A stretch of 64,000 nt of DNA, from contig NW_024704742.1 of NCBI RefSeq assembly GCF_018977255.1, positions 125,924,001 to 125,988,000 on the forward strand, in the 5' to 3' direction. Under the pieces are notes generated by a model. The model did no database searches. It was not told the DNA's origin and worked only from the letters and a program-made list of their open reading frames with translations. The position numbers and the translations under genes were made by a program. This DNA is from Callorhinchus milii. Lineage: Eukaryota. Positions 26,106 to 38,743 of the stretch are shown here, piece by piece. Numbering within the stretch: position 1 is the first letter of the stretch; every line of letters begins with the position of its first letter.

Positions 26106-27069
26106 AGAGGATTTTTGTACTACACACAGAATGATTAAAGAACATATCAATCTCTTTGTGCTGATGTATTTTTGACATAACTTTGTAGGCATCAAAATAC
26201 TGAATTAAATACATTACTTTTTCTGCATCAAATCAAGGTTATCACTAAATTGTAAATACAATCTATGAAAATGATAATTAGACAGTAACTTAAACAGCAA
26301 CTAAGATTTTGTCGTCATGTATCAAGGGCATTCAATTTCCACCTGCAAGATCACACCTCAAGAACAAAATAAGCAGCACACAAGCAAAGTAGACATTGCC
26401 TATTATGAAAGAACAGGAAATGAGTTGGAGTCTGTAATTGAATCCCAGTGTTCAGATGCTGATTAGAAAGCATCTTAGTTTCAATTTCACAGGTTGTGAC
26501 TTATTTGAATTCATCGATTGATAATAATGCTGTAACACTCCCAAGGTAACCGTCAGGAATTATCACTGAGCATTTCAGCAAAATAAACATAGATTCAAAA
26601 TTTCTAGCACTTCTGTGAATATTTCTCTATCAAGATTAATCCAAGCAAAAAAGGTATATCAATCTATATTTGGCGTCTATATTCAACTCACAAAGTACAG
26701 TGTAAGGAAGTAATTTGCACAGAGGTGTAATTTAAACCCTGGCAGATTTATGAAACACCCCTAAAACTGGCTGTGATTTATGCACTAGGCTTAAATTAGA
26801 AAACTTCAGCCTTGTGATATTTGTAAACATAATGCAATAGCATAATCATAGCTCTTTGGGGATTAAAATATTGATTTACAATCTTGTTTTTGAGTGTGCA
26901 AGGAGCAGCAGTTCTGCGTTTTAAAGGCATTACAGCATTTATAAACTGGAGGAAGAGGAACTGGATTTCAGTTTATATAAAAACATAGGTTTTGTCAACG
27001 AGGTTACGATAACAGGTCAATACATTTATTGAGAGTACATTTATTCGTTACTATCATTGATCACATGCA

Positions 27070-27540
27070 GGCTTGACTAACTCCCTACTCGTCAGTCTTC
27101 CCAACTTTTCCCCCCACAAACTGCAGGTCATGCAGAACTCTGCAGCACGTGTCTTTTCCCGCACCAAGGATTGGGAACCTATCAAACCCATCCATGCCCA
27201 GCTCCACTGCACCCTCTCCTCTAGAGAATGCAGTCCAAATCCTCATTCTTGCTTTCAAAGCCCTCCAAGGACTTGTTTCTCCCTTCAGCCTTTTTGATCC
27301 CATCGTTTTGAACTCCATCCCACAGCCCAGTCACCTCACCCCTTCCCTTGCCTCCTTCAAGGCCCGTCTCAAGACCCTCCTCTTCAACCGTGCTTTCGGT
27401 CACCAGCCTACCCTTACCCTCCCTGCCCTCCAACCCTCCTAATCCCAACCACCAGCTCGGGTGCAGATCCCTGACTATCCAGTGCCTTGGGACGTCCTCC
27501 AGGTATGTAAGGTGCTGTAGAATTGTAATTTGTTGTTGTT
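27070..27540 (+). mobile_element. L2 3' fragment
   Basis: KLQVMQNSAAR, FKARLKTLLF, and the tail. Confidence 0.83.
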
Positions 27541-27754
27541 ACTCTGGAAGTGAATGTGAGAATGAAAGAAACGCTAAATTGAATTTTAAAAAAATCATCA
27601 AATTTGAAATCATTGTGATATGCAATCTGGGAGAAACTACTATTTTTCAATAACATAGAAATAGTACGATAGCATTTTTAAAAAAAGAAAATGAATTGTA
27701 TAACTTTCCCTCTCTCACAGGCTATTAGCAAACTTTTCCATCAAACAATGATAA

Positions 27755-28080
27755 AATAATAATAATCCTTGCCATTTGATAGAGTGCCTTATCACACCGT
27801 TGAGACTTCTCAAAGAGCTTCATAAGATTTACCGTGAAGTATAGTAACTGGATACTTTGCAGGGAAATGCAACAGCCAATATGTGCATAGCAACAAACAG
27901 CCATGAAGCGAATGCCCTCCCTTATCAGGGGAATTGTTGGCCAAGATACAAGGACAAACTCCCTTCTCTTTTAGAATAGTACCATTGGATCTTTAATATC
28001 TACCTTAACATTTCTTACATTATAGCGCTTTCCCAACACTGCACTGGAGGGGCAGCATGGACTGACTGTGAGTTCAAAGA
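27755..28080 (-). mobile_element. Older Deu-type SINE
   Basis: (AAT)n tail plus family motifs in reverse complement. Confidence 0.65.
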
Positions 28081-28986
28081 CACACTTGCAGCGACCATTG
28101 AAAGTAGAATTAAGCCAGTATTCCACCAACTGACACTGATATACCTATCGCATGCAATGACACAGGTTCAACACTGTCATGGACCAGCAGAATATCTGAG
28201 GCAAGCAGCTTCAGTCTGAACCATCCTAGCAAAATCTGTGGTGAGGATAGGAGGGAGTGTCCACCTAAGCAGAAAATTCCAACAATTTGATAATTGTTAC
28301 ATTGAATGTTGCATGAATCACCCCCATTGACCTGTCAAATATTAAAAAGTAATGGACTGGGCACAAAGTCAACAAATCTGGTGGAGAATTTGGCTGTTAA
28401 TGCAGCTTTTACATTACGGCTTTGTTCCAGAGAGAAGCTTGACTCTCCAGGCAACTCATAATGGGAAATGGCTGAGCACCGAATTTTGTAGGACCCTTTT
28501 TTGGAGTGTTGTGTTCTCCAATTACCTCTGCACAGAAGAGATCCAACGTCTTAATAAAAAGGCACTATGGGAAATAAATCAATTCCAATGATGTTTTGCA
28601 AACCCTTTTTTTGGTTTGCCGGGTGTTTGACACATATGGAAACCCATTGCCATACACATGAACAGTATCAAAACCAGACTGAGAGTCCCACATACGTGTG
28701 ACAGTTGCATATGGAATTTTCCCTGTGTCTTCCGAAAGATTCGCATATTACTTACCTAAAATCCAGAAAGTATTAAACTCAAGTTGGCAGGAGTCAAGGT
28801 CTGGGAACCACAGAATGTTCATTAGGGTATTGCTGGATTACAACCAGGTAAAACCAAATACTTTGTCATAATGACCACTGTCATGTAAGCTTCCCGCAGC
28901 TTAACCAGTTCGCTGGACGACCCTATGGATTGGGGCCTTGGCTTGCAGGGATGACAGAAGTTGAGTAGTAAGAATCCCTAATCCTA

Positions 28987-29298
28987 GGAGTCCTGTAGCT
29001 CAGTGGTTAGAGCACTTGCCTTGCAAGCGAGACACCTGGGTTCAATTCCAGGCAGGGTGAAACCTTGGGCAAGTTTCCTTACTCCACACGCCTAATAATA
29101 ATCCCTCCAAAACAAAAAACAATAATAAATTGGTCATTTTCAATCCACAACTGTTTGTGGACATTGCTGTGCACAATTGGCTGCCGCGTTTCGCCCACAA
29201 ATATACGGTCAATTCACTTTGCAGTCTATTCTGTGAAGCACTTTGTGACATCGAGAAGACGTGAAAAGCACTATATCAATTGCAAGGATTATTATTTA
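28987..29298 (+). mobile_element. Young full-length tRNA/Deu SINE
   Basis: Highly similar to 63685-64000. Confidence 0.9.
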
Positions 29299-30021
29299 TT
29301 CTGCCCCTGAAAGTCCTGCTAATGAGCCAGGTGGGCTGTGCTGTTATCAGAGGTGCCCTGGAATACTGCAGACCTGCCTGACTCAGGAAGCAAATTAACG
29401 AGATTGCCACAGAGGATTGACTCGATTCCGACACTCTGTGGTGAAACATGTCACCTTGGAGCCAGTTCACATTCACAGAGACTCTGTTTACCTCCACTCC
29501 CCAAGGAGGATAGTCACTTGTTGATCATTTGACATCCAACAAGCATCTTTGTGCTCTAACTAGATGAATGTGAGGTACTAGAAACTCTCTGAGAGCTTTC
29601 TAGTTAAGAGCAAGCTCAACAACAACAACAAAATTACATTTATGGAGCGCTTTTCACGTCAGGAGGACTTCAACATGAAATGCATGAGAGTACTGATAAC
29701 ATCTTCCTGCCCACAGTTCGGAAACACAACCCTACCCCCTGAGCGATGGTTTCACCAACTGGGGGTGTGGAGCTTAAGCAACATCTGCTTACCTCTTTGC
29801 ATACCAATCAACCAAGCCCTGGATATATGAACCTGTGCACACAAAGCAGGTATTGCCTCCCAGCAGCTGTCGTCCCAAGCCACAGAATTTCCTCATCAGA
29901 TCTTTGCCTGATAACATTGTGGTAGGAAAATGTTTTCAGGGCAGCTTGTGACATGCCACCAGCCTCCTCGGTGTTCTACGTGCACATCCATAACCATCAT
30001 GGTGTAAGTAGCAGAATGATG

Positions 30022-30225
30022 TAGCGAAACGCCCACAAATTGCACACAGCAGTGTTCCACAAACAGTCGTGAACTGAAGTGACCAATTTATTATTTTTTT
30101 TCTTGAAAGATTATTATCAGGTGTGTGGAGTAAGGAACCTTACCCAAGGTTTAACACTGCCGGGAATCGAACCCAGCTCTCTCGCTTGCAAGGCGAGCAC
30201 TATAACCACTGAGCTACAGGACTCC
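30022..30225 (-). mobile_element. tRNA/Deu SINE, head plus core, tail missing
   Basis: ACCACTGAGCTACAGGACTCC head in reverse complement, plus Deu core. Confidence 0.8.
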
Positions 30226-30429
30226 ATGAGTAGCAGTGATTGTGCAAATACATTTCTAATGGTTTGGCACATGATCTATGTAAACAATTACATCAGAGAG
30301 TCCCGCGCACTCAAAACATAATTTCTTCGCTGATGCCCTCTGGAAGTGCCGAAGCAATTTAAAACTATTTGAAATGGGGAATTGAAATTTCCTTGCAAAC
30401 CTCCCCCTAAAGCTCTCCGAACCTGTACA

Positions 30430-31010
30430 CAACCTGGCATCAGGTTCAACCCTCAATTATCCTTTCTCCCCCACATCCGGTCCCTCACCAGCACCGCTTT
30501 CTTCCACCTCCGACACATCTCCCGTCTCCGCCAATACCTCACTCCAAAAGCTGTTGAAACTCTGGTCCATGGCTTTGTCACCTCTCGGCTGGACTATTCA
30601 ATGTCCTCCTCATCGGTCTCCCCTCCACTACCATCCATAAAATCCAGGTCATACAAAACTCTGCCACCCGCATTCTCACCCGCACCAAACTCCACTCCCC
30701 GATTACCCCACTCCTTGCCAGACTGCACTGGTTGCCTGTCCTAGAGAGGATCGACTTCAGGATCCTCACCCTTGTCTTCAAATCCCTCCACTCCTCTGCA
30801 TCTCCCCTACCTCTCTGACCTCCTCTCTCCTCAAAACAGTGCCTGTTGCCTTCGTTCCACCGAGTCTGGCCTCCTCCTTGTTCCCCGAGTCCTCTGCTCC
30901 ACCCTCGGCGGCCGTGCCTTCAGCCACTATGCCCTGAGACTCTGGAACTCCCTTCTTCACTCCTTTTGCCTCTCCCCCTCTCTTCCTATTTTCAGGTCTC
31001 GGCTGAAGAC
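30430..31010 (+). mobile_element. L2 ORF2 3' fragment
   Basis: FFHLRHISRLR, FVTSRLDY, STLGGRAFS..A.RLWNSL. Confidence 0.85.
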
Positions 31011-31077
31011 AAAGGACAGAACTGATATCAAGCTGCAAATAATGATACAATAATATTCTCAATACATAAAAGAAAAA

Positions 31078-31410
31078 TAACACAACTTGTATTTATATAG
31101 CGGCCCTCATGCAAGTAGTGTCCCAGAGCATTTTACAGTGGCTGAGCACGATGCCGAGCCAGGGGAAGGGGGGAGGGGAGGTGACCATAAGCATGATTGA
31201 GGAGGAAGATCTTCAGACCCGACCTGAAGATGGGGAAGGTGAAGGCAAGGTAGAGGGATTGAGAGAGAGCGTTTCAGAGTTTCGGGGCACAGAGGCAGAA
31301 AGCACGGACACCAATGGTGGGACGGAGGGCACGAGGGATAAACAGAAAGCCACAGTCAGTTGAAGGGAGGCAATGGATAGTGGATTGGGGAGTAAGCAGG
31401 TCAGTCTGTA
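31078..31410 (-). mobile_element. L2 3' fragment, tail-to-tail with the previous copy
   Basis: Reverse-complement tail ACAACTTGTATTTATATAGCG and the ORF2 end. Confidence 0.78.
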
Positions 31411-33680
31411 AACCCACAAAGTCAAGTTTCCTTTCAATGAACATAATTTCTATCATTCAGAAATACTATTATAAAAATGCACATTTGCAACATGTTTTTT
31501 AGCAGTCACCATCATCACTTGTAGAGTGGAAAGCTGCAGCTTCCATAGCCTGTGTTCATTTCACCTTCCTTCACTGCTGAAGATTCACGTCCTTGTTCGC
31601 ACAGCTAAGTGGCTGAAATGCCATTTTCGACAAATGGAGATTTACAGTTTGTTCGTCAGTAGTTTGCATTTTACCCTATCAGCAATGAGTGTCACAAGGC
31701 CTAGGTTTAGAGCCCAAGAAAATTTGTTACCAAATCCTACAAATATTGTAAAATAAAGTGATAGTAGAGTAGTAAATTGAAGTCCCAGCACTCAATCGGT
31801 TCCACTGTACAAGACATGAATCTGTCTTGCTGCTGTCATACTGGGGTTTCATTAACTTACTGTAGCTCCTTAATATTTAATTGAATAAAGCAATTTTTCA
31901 CTCTGATGAGTTAATCCACACCACACTTCAGGTACAGATATCTTTGATAATATTCTACATGCTATTGAAATTATCACAGCGGTAAGTTGGATTCATCTTA
32001 AATAATTTGTTGAACACTATGTGCCAAATAATGTAAACATCAGGTCAGTATTTTGCAATATGTATTATCTTGGATGTGTCAGTGAGTAGCCTCCCCGCTC
32101 CCCTCCCGCCCCCCCACCCCACAGCCTAGTTCCTCCGATGCCATGACCTATTTGAAACCACCTGCATGCAAATCCAACAAATGGATTCAGATCCTTAGAT
32201 CTAGATATCTTTACTCAGAAAACACACTCACTGTTGCGTGACTGTACATTTGTTTTCAATAAAGTTTTTATTGAAGTTTAGTTTTGAAGTTTAGAAGAAC
32301 AAAAATATGAGCATTGTGCAAAATCGGTCGTCAATATAATTAACTCTATTGTTCCATTCCTTCTCATCTATAATTTGCACTTTGAGTTTTAAGAGAGTGA
32401 TTAAAAAATACTTTTTAAAAAGATGCACAGTATATATTTTTTTATAATCTCTTGCATATTTCCCATGGAAACAAAATTGAGTGGAAATTAATACAATAGA
32501 AAACAAGATTAAAAAACACTTGTGTGTTTCCAATCTCTCTAACTTTTGAATGAACTCAAATTTTAATTGCACCTTTACCTGGGAGAGATGGGATGATAAT
32601 CACCTTCTCTGAGATCATGTCTGCTTATCTGCAATATTAACGATAATGACCAATGTATTCCTCGAATTCATATTGTAGACACACTTCAGGGCTTTATATT
32701 TCTGAATCGAAGTTAGAAAATTCTTTCAGTGCCTGACTGTGGAAAGAGATGGAAAAGTTCCTAAACGGTGTAAAAGTTTCCTGAGGCCTCTAATCTGAAG
32801 GTCGCTACTTAATCTTGACATCAAACCAGCTTAAATAACTCAGATTGACAACTCGTATTTAAAATACCTTTAAATAAGCAGCCAGAGCATAGATGTGAGG
32901 ATAAACATAAGGCTGTCACTAAAAATAAGTAAAGATCTTAAAGGTTATTCCAGTTACCATAAAGTGAATACTGTTTTATGTTTGCCCATCACTTGATCAG
33001 TCAAAATACTATAACCACCTGAAATCGGCAATGAATGTATTTTTCAGGTACAAGCTTCTTTCAAGTGTCTTCTTTCATTTGACACCATAAAATGAAACAT
33101 CCTTAAAACACATTACCAAAAGATGGAATTGCATATTCTGAAACATTATTTAAAAGGCGATCATCTTCAGTTTGACTTACATTTTATTTTATTTGGAAAC
33201 GAGAAAAGAGGAAAATGGCTGGTAGACTCTTTATTTGATACTGATAGATGGAATGACACATTTCTATACCATTTAAACTGTTGTAGAAGGTCAACTGCTG
33301 TCTTTACAATGTCCATGCAGCTCATGTGTTAGGACTCATGCACCAGGACTTGGCCTGTGCTAATACACCATTGTAGCAATGATAAAGTGTTGCACTATTG
33401 GAGAGTTGGCCTTCAGATAAAATGTTAAACCCAGCTGCTTCTTCAAAGTTGCAGGTAGATGTCCCATAAAACTACTTTTAAGAAAAGTATTCTCCCTCTG
33501 TCCTACCTGATATTTCTCCATTGTCCAAATCCATTAATGCACAAATTAATTGGCCATTCATCTCATTGTTCTTTGTATAATATTTATGCAGATTAGTTGC
33601 CGTGTTTTCCTGCAAAACAGTCAATGCAACTTGTTATATGATGTCCTTCCACATGCTTTGATATGACCAGATTCTATACC

Positions 33681-34001
33681 AATAATAATAATAATAATCC
33701 TTGCATTTGATATAGCGCTTTTCACGTCGGGAGGACGTCCCAAAGCGCTTCACAGAACACACTGCAAAGTGAATTGACTGTATATTTGTGGGCGAACGCG
33801 GCAGCCAATTGCGCACAGCAATGTCCCACAAACAGTCGTAGATTGAAAATGACCAATTTATTATTATTTTTGGTTTTTTGGAGGGATTATTATTAGGCGT
33901 GTGGAGTAAGGAAACTTGCCCAAGGTTTTGCCCTGCCTGGAATTGAACTCAGGTCTCTCGCTTGCAAAGCGAGTGCTCTAACCACTGAGCTACAGGACTC
34001 C
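33681..34001 (-). mobile_element. Young full-length tRNA/Deu SINE
   Basis: Near-identical reverse complement of 63685-64000; tail shared with L2 (GGGACGTCCTCCCGACGTGAAA). Confidence 0.92.
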
Positions 34002-34274
34002 AAGTCAAAGTTATTTTTTGTTATATATCTGCAAAAAATAAAATAGCTTGTCAAATACTTTCTTTCATTAGATGCTAATGATGATTACATATTTTGATGA
34101 CTTAGTTTGATTTATTTCTTAAATAAAATATAAATTGATAACACATTACTCTGTAACGCATTATTCTGACAGGAAATCTTTTAATTGAATTTCCACGAGG
34201 GAGCTAAAGGGACAGTGATTCCATGTCGGTGCATTTAATTCTTTATATGGTTTCAGTAGAATACTTTCAGATGC

Positions 34275-34525
34275 ACAAGACTCTAGAACAAGAGGATACA
34301 GATTTAGTGTTACAAAAGAAAATTTCAGGACAGACAGCGGAAACTATTTATTTTCTCTAAGGGTAATTTACGACTGGAACAGATCACTGGTGGTTCAGGG
34401 CAGGATGCTAGACTCATTTATAAACAGCTTGATGTTTGCGATGGGAGAGATGGGTATTTGAAAGAGTTTGATCAAATGAGTCAAAGGGCCTTCTTCATCT
34501 GAACCAATCTTGTAATCTTGTGATT
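34275..34525 (+). mobile_element. CR1 3' end (TCTTGTGA-tailed family; related copies at ~17740-17915, 52640-52990, 59985-60230)
   Basis: Shared AGAACAAGAGGA.ACAG.TTTAG..TTACAAAA...TTCAGGACAGA and GGCCTT...CTTGTGATCTTGTG ends. Confidence 0.65.
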
Positions 34526-36264
34526 TCTGGCTGTGCCTTATCATTCTGCTACCTCATATACGCAGTCATTATTTTCATATTCGGTATGTTTTGTTCCCCC
34601 TCCTGTAGCGTTTGCTTCTTTCAATTCAATCCGTGTGATTTAATTTAAATCCAGATAGCCTTTTATTCCAATTATCTGAGCAATTTCTCTCAATGTTTCC
34701 CAGTCTTACTGCTGTGTTCACATGTTATGTATCCCCTATCCTAGTGTGAATACTTTCTGAACTACATAGCATAGGGAACACTATATAGATTCATGCAACT
34801 TTATTTTATCCTGTGATCTGTGAGCTGCTTTAAAGCACAACTGTAGATGTCTCTGTACTGTTCTGGCAATGCACATCTTGCTGGGAGTTTCAACTTTTTC
34901 GATAAAAACATCCTTATAGTTTTACTGGTAGGATTCTGAGTCATTTAGTGAGGTGACCCATGTAATATAAAATCGAAGTGTTACCTTTAGCTTGTTCGAC
35001 TGTCCCTCTCATTTCAGTCCAAGGAAAGGATACTTCCATAGCATGTACAATTCATTGGTCTTATCCTCCCAATTCCAAACCTCACGTGTGGTATTAACAC
35101 AGTTACATATAGTCAATCAAGCATCAAATAGGTTAGGTTAGCGCTTGCATCCATGTGCATTGTATATATCTCTATGACATTTGCTTCTATGTGCCTCAAT
35201 GCTGTTAGATAGAAATAAGATTAAACCAATCACTGAACTTTGCACAGGTGCAGATTTTATGCTGCAGTAAGACTCTTTCTCTTTTATGTGGTTTTATGGC
35301 AAGACATTTCTGAATAAGCTGTTGCTTCAATTCAAACATATTATGGAACTGGACCATGGCAGTTGAAAATCTGGAAACAAGGTTGAAGTTTAAAAGATTT
35401 TTTTTCAGCAGTCATAGGTATGTGGAACACAGTGTTTGGTTCAGAATGGGATTCAAGGTTGCAAAATCTATGTGGAATGAAATGTTATATGGAACCCTGC
35501 AGCTCTGCTCCTGGTGGGATGATGGGAATTCAGATTGCATGCAACCATTCAGGTTTCAGTAATGTAGATACTAATTATATCCATTTAAGCACTCCGAGAC
35601 ACAGTATGGAGTGAATGGCGCTATATAAATGCGAGTTGTTGTTGTTGTGGAGAACTCTATTTCCATCAGAAATGTTATATCCTCATTGAGACAGAAAAGA
35701 GATAATAACAGATCAAACAAAATGTTCTATTCAATTATTTGACATCTTTTCCACCCTAGTAAATGTGGGTGAGCTACAATAGATTTGATTGGTTTTGCAA
35801 TACACCCTGTTGATAACATTTGAAATGTGGAATCAGTTTTTTCAGACTATTTGAAAGGCTGATAGCGTATTGCTTGGATGCAAAGATGCAGCTTTCTGAA
35901 TACAGAATTAATCCCACAAACGTGAGCATCACAGAACTCATGAGAGAAAAAGCCATGAATGAATTGCATTTGTCCTTCATGTTGAGAACAGAAATACATA
36001 TTCAACAGCTACAGTCAGATATTATTCTCACTTTATTTATTTATTATTTTTTTATTATTAATAAATATTTATTATTTATATTTATTGATGCAAATGAGGA
36101 CGTTGATACATTTTCTCCTGGCCAAGGATCATCAAATTCATCACTGGCCAGCATTTGCACCTGGGCCTTTCTGGCCTGTATAGCGCAATGCTAACATTCA
36201 ATGGTACATTTACCCTCTGAACTTTTGGGGGTGGGGTGAACTTTAATTCATTCTGTCCTTCAGT

Positions 36265-37335
36265 GGTTCAGGTCCTACGTCTCACACCGTCTCCACTTTG
36301 TCTCCAAAAGGCTTCTCCTCCAAGCACCCGGACAGTCTTATACGGTGTTTCTCAGGGCTCTATCCTTGGTCCTCTCCTCTTCATCTTCCCTCTTCCCTGA
36401 GACATCATCCGCAGACATGGGGTCAACTCCCACATGTATGCCTCCACCCTCAACTGCAGGACCACTGCTATCCTGACAGAATGTCTTTCAGACATCAAAT
36501 CCTGGATGAGAGCAAACTTTCTCCAGTTGAACATCAACAAGACCGAGGCTCTCCTGATTGGCTCCCGTCAGCACTCCACACCTCAGGCACTGACAGCATT
36601 AACATCTATGGATGCACACCCCAGCTTACTAAGCCAGTTCGGATCCTTGGTGTCTTATTTGACCCTCAATTGTCTTTCCTACCCCACATCTGTGCCATAT
36701 CCCGCTCTGCCTTCCCCCACCTCCGCAATATCGCCCAACTCCGCCACCATCTCACACAGCAGGCCGCCGAAACCTTCATCCACACGTTCATCACATCTAG
36801 GCTCGATCATGACAACTCCCTGCTTGTCGGCCTTCCCAACTCTTTCCTCAAGAACTCTGCAGCTCATGTTCTCTCTTGCAGCAGGCTCCGTGACCCAATC
36901 ACCTCCAACCTCACTTGACTCCACTGGCCCTTCATCCCCCAGAGGATAGAGTTCAAAACACTCATTCTCACTTTCAAGGCCCTCCACAGCCTTGCTCATT
37001 TATATCTCTATCACCTGCTAACCCCATATCAACCTGACTATTCCCTCTGCTTAGCAGGCTCCAGCCTGCACCACGTCCCCCACCCGGCCCACCCATGGTG
37101 GTTCAGCCTCTCTGGCCCCACTCTTTGGAACGCCTACATTGCTCCCTCCCTTCCTCCTTCAAGGTACATTTCAAGACCCTCTTCTTCGACCTCACCTTTG
37201 GCCACCCTCCTATCCCTATCTTCCCTACCCTCCACCCTCCCTGATCCCAACACCTCCACTCGAGTCCAAATCCTTGACTGCCCAGCACCTTGGCACATCC
37301 TCCCGAAGTGAAAGGCACAATACAAATGTAATTTT
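36265..37335 (+). mobile_element. L2 LINE fragment (RT end to 3' tail)
   Basis: DIKSWMRANFLQLNINKTE, LGVLFDPQLSF, FITSRLD, and the tail. Confidence 0.9.
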
Positions 37336-38185
37336 TGTATTTGTGTTCTCACCGCGGAATATTGTTGACATGATGAGCAGTTAGATGCTTCCATTGGCTT
37401 TCTTTAGAACGACCATCATCTCTTTGAAGAATATTTGGAAACTCCTGTACATGAGAATGCTCAAGGATTGAAGCTACAAATTCAGAGTCAACAGATCAAA
37501 TTTTAGTAATTCACTGGGGAACTACAGGTCATTTCCAAAGAATTGCTAGTCCCAGGGGATCCGACTAGCTTCCTTTTCTTAGGCTATCATGATGGAACGG
37601 AAGCAGGGAGTGGGGGAGGCTCACCACAGAGCTTGTGTTACTTCTTGTTTCACCTTTGTTGCTAATATAGTATTCACATGCCCAGTCACACCGCTGGAAA
37701 TAGAAGCTATCTTTCTTGTCAGCTGCTGAGAAGTTGAAAGGTACAATTGTACGCATTTTCAGCGCAGAAGACACGATCAGACGCTTTCGCCTAATATATA
37801 ACACAAGGGACTGGTAACTTTTTAGTGCTATTTGCCTTTCATCAACACCTTTCCTCGTCCGATCCTTCTGGCGGTTTGCAAGAAGCAATCCTCAAGTTAA
37901 ATGCCTTCACTAGACATTTTATTTTGCCATTGACAACTATTTTGTTGATGCATCCAACGGATTTCTTTTGGGGTGTGGGTGGGGTCGACAGACTAAGATG
38001 AGAGCGTTTTTGTTTTATTTAAATGAATGCCTCTTTCGAAAATTAAAGACGATAAAAAAACAATACTGTTTGCAAATGTTTTGCCTCCTTTTCGCAGAAG
38101 GAAATAACACGTTGAGGGTGAGTTAAGTGGGTAAGGTAGTCAGGCAGGTAGGCAGGGTGTCTGAATCGACCGATTGATGCTGTCC

Positions 38186-38367
38186 TTAATAATAATAATA
38201 ATAATAATCCCTGCATTTGATATAGTGCTTTTCACGTCGGGAGGACGTCCCAAAGCGCTTCACAGAATACACTGTAAAGTGAATTGACTGTATATTTGTG
38301 GGCGAACGCGGCAGCCAATTGCGCACAGCAATGTCCCACAAACAGTCGTAGATTGAAAATGACCAAT
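38186..38367 (-). mobile_element. 5'-truncated young SINE ~380 bp upstream of the HCN1 ATG
   Basis: Near-identical to the 3' part of the 33681-34001 copy. Confidence 0.9.
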
Positions 38368-38369
38368 GA

Positions 38370-38428
38370 CCTTGTTGATGTGCATCAAAGTGCACCGAGT
38401 AATTGAACGTGTTTGCGCATGTTAATGC

Positions 38429-38464
<36 letters not shown>

Positions 38465-38653
38465 TCCTGTCCCTTTAAGCTGAAAGGTATCAGCACAAAG
38501 TCACGTTGATTCCATGCTAAGTGGCAAAGTCACGTTCTTGGAGGTTCAAGCCATCCGTGGTGCCCGCAATCTTGACAGGGTTTGGATTGATGGTTGGCAC
38601 AGAGTAAGGTAAGCTGCAGCGAGCAGTAAAAAAAAATAAGAGAGGAGGTTGGG

Positions 38654-38684
<31 letters not shown>

Positions 38685-38743
38685 TAATAACGTCAGGTTG
38701 CAATAATAACCTCCCTCCCCCTCTAAAACACCAAAAGGGGAGG
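38370..38743 (+). promoter_or_regulatory. Putative HCN1 proximal promoter / 5' UTR
   Basis: Non-transposon sequence directly upstream of exon 1, with a (GT)n(GA)n tract (~38429-38463), a duplicated CAAAGTCACGTT (38496, 38525) and a (TAA)n tract. The TSS cannot be determined from sequence. Confidence 0.55.

Noticed and set aside
37565..37888. 107-aa minus-strand ORF upstream of HCN1 (possible head-to-head gene)
   Set aside because: TTG start, no recognisable domain and no exon partners.
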